From: a bacterium
GTDB taxonomy: Bacteria; Zhuqueibacterota; Zhuqueibacteria; Oceanimicrobiales; Oceanimicrobiaceae
Reading direction: 5' to 3'
NCBI GenBank assembly: GCA_046757165.1
Contig: JBHHXT010000109.1
Span: 1 to 15,316, forward strand
DNA: 15,316 bases
Part shown: one piece after another, positions 15,269-15,316 of the stretch
Position numbering within the stretch: position 1 is the first letter of the stretch
Layout of the letters: every line of letters starts with the position of its first letter
Notes under the pieces: model-generated
Database searches by the model: none
The model's input: only the letters and a program-made list of their open reading frames with translations
Told to the model about the DNA's origin: nothing
Made by a program: the position numbers and the translations under genes

Positions 15269-15297
15269 TTTTTTTCGCAGACTTCGCTGCGAAAAAA
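15269..15297. terminator. Symmetric hairpin with T/A tracts, probable bidirectional intrinsic terminator
   Basis: TTTTTTCGCAG-ACTTCG-CTGCGAAAAAA: perfect 11-bp arms at 15270-15280 and 15287-15297. The GC core is only 5 bp. Confidence 0.55.
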
Positions 15298-15316
15298 GTC
15301 ATTTAGCGCTTCGCGC

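Noticed and set aside
1..15316. CRISPR array, tRNA/rRNA, transposase or integrase genes; assignment of the cyclase to Pycsar or CBASS
   Set aside because: No regularly spaced repeats, RNA-gene signatures or recombinase motifs were seen. The cyclase has sAC-STAND architecture and no cNMP-binding effector gene is adjacent.

Overview
Bacterial window with three parts. (1) 89-6176 (+): a tightly coupled MoxR operon (membrane protein, DUF4129-like, DUF4350-like, MoxR AAA+ ATPase, DUF58/vWA-like, RDD), bounded on both sides by REP-like inverted repeats. (2) 6452-8281 (-): a lipoprotein metzincin (matrixin/M10-like) peptidase, then an ECF sigma factor with no adjacent anti-sigma. (3) 8759-15119 (+), divergent from part 2: a cytoplasmic Ser/Thr kinase-TolB-like-TPR protein and a 1375-aa protein with soluble adenylyl cyclase (sAC/ADCY10) architecture (two class III cyclase domains, STAND-type NTPase, TPR-like repeats). 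Its 3' end runs into a frameshifted, truncated Phd/YefM-like antitoxin remnant on the opposite strand. The best novelty candidate is the kinase plus cyclase-STAND pair: the cyclase keeps its catalytic core, but by my manual alignment both adenine-specifying residues and the bicarbonate-site Lys are replaced. Other points of interest are a probable ATA start for the DUF58 gene, a 13-codon leader ORF with a perfect Shine-Dalgarno upstream of the peptidase, and shared intergenic motifs. All family calls come from motif recognition by eye; no database searches were run.
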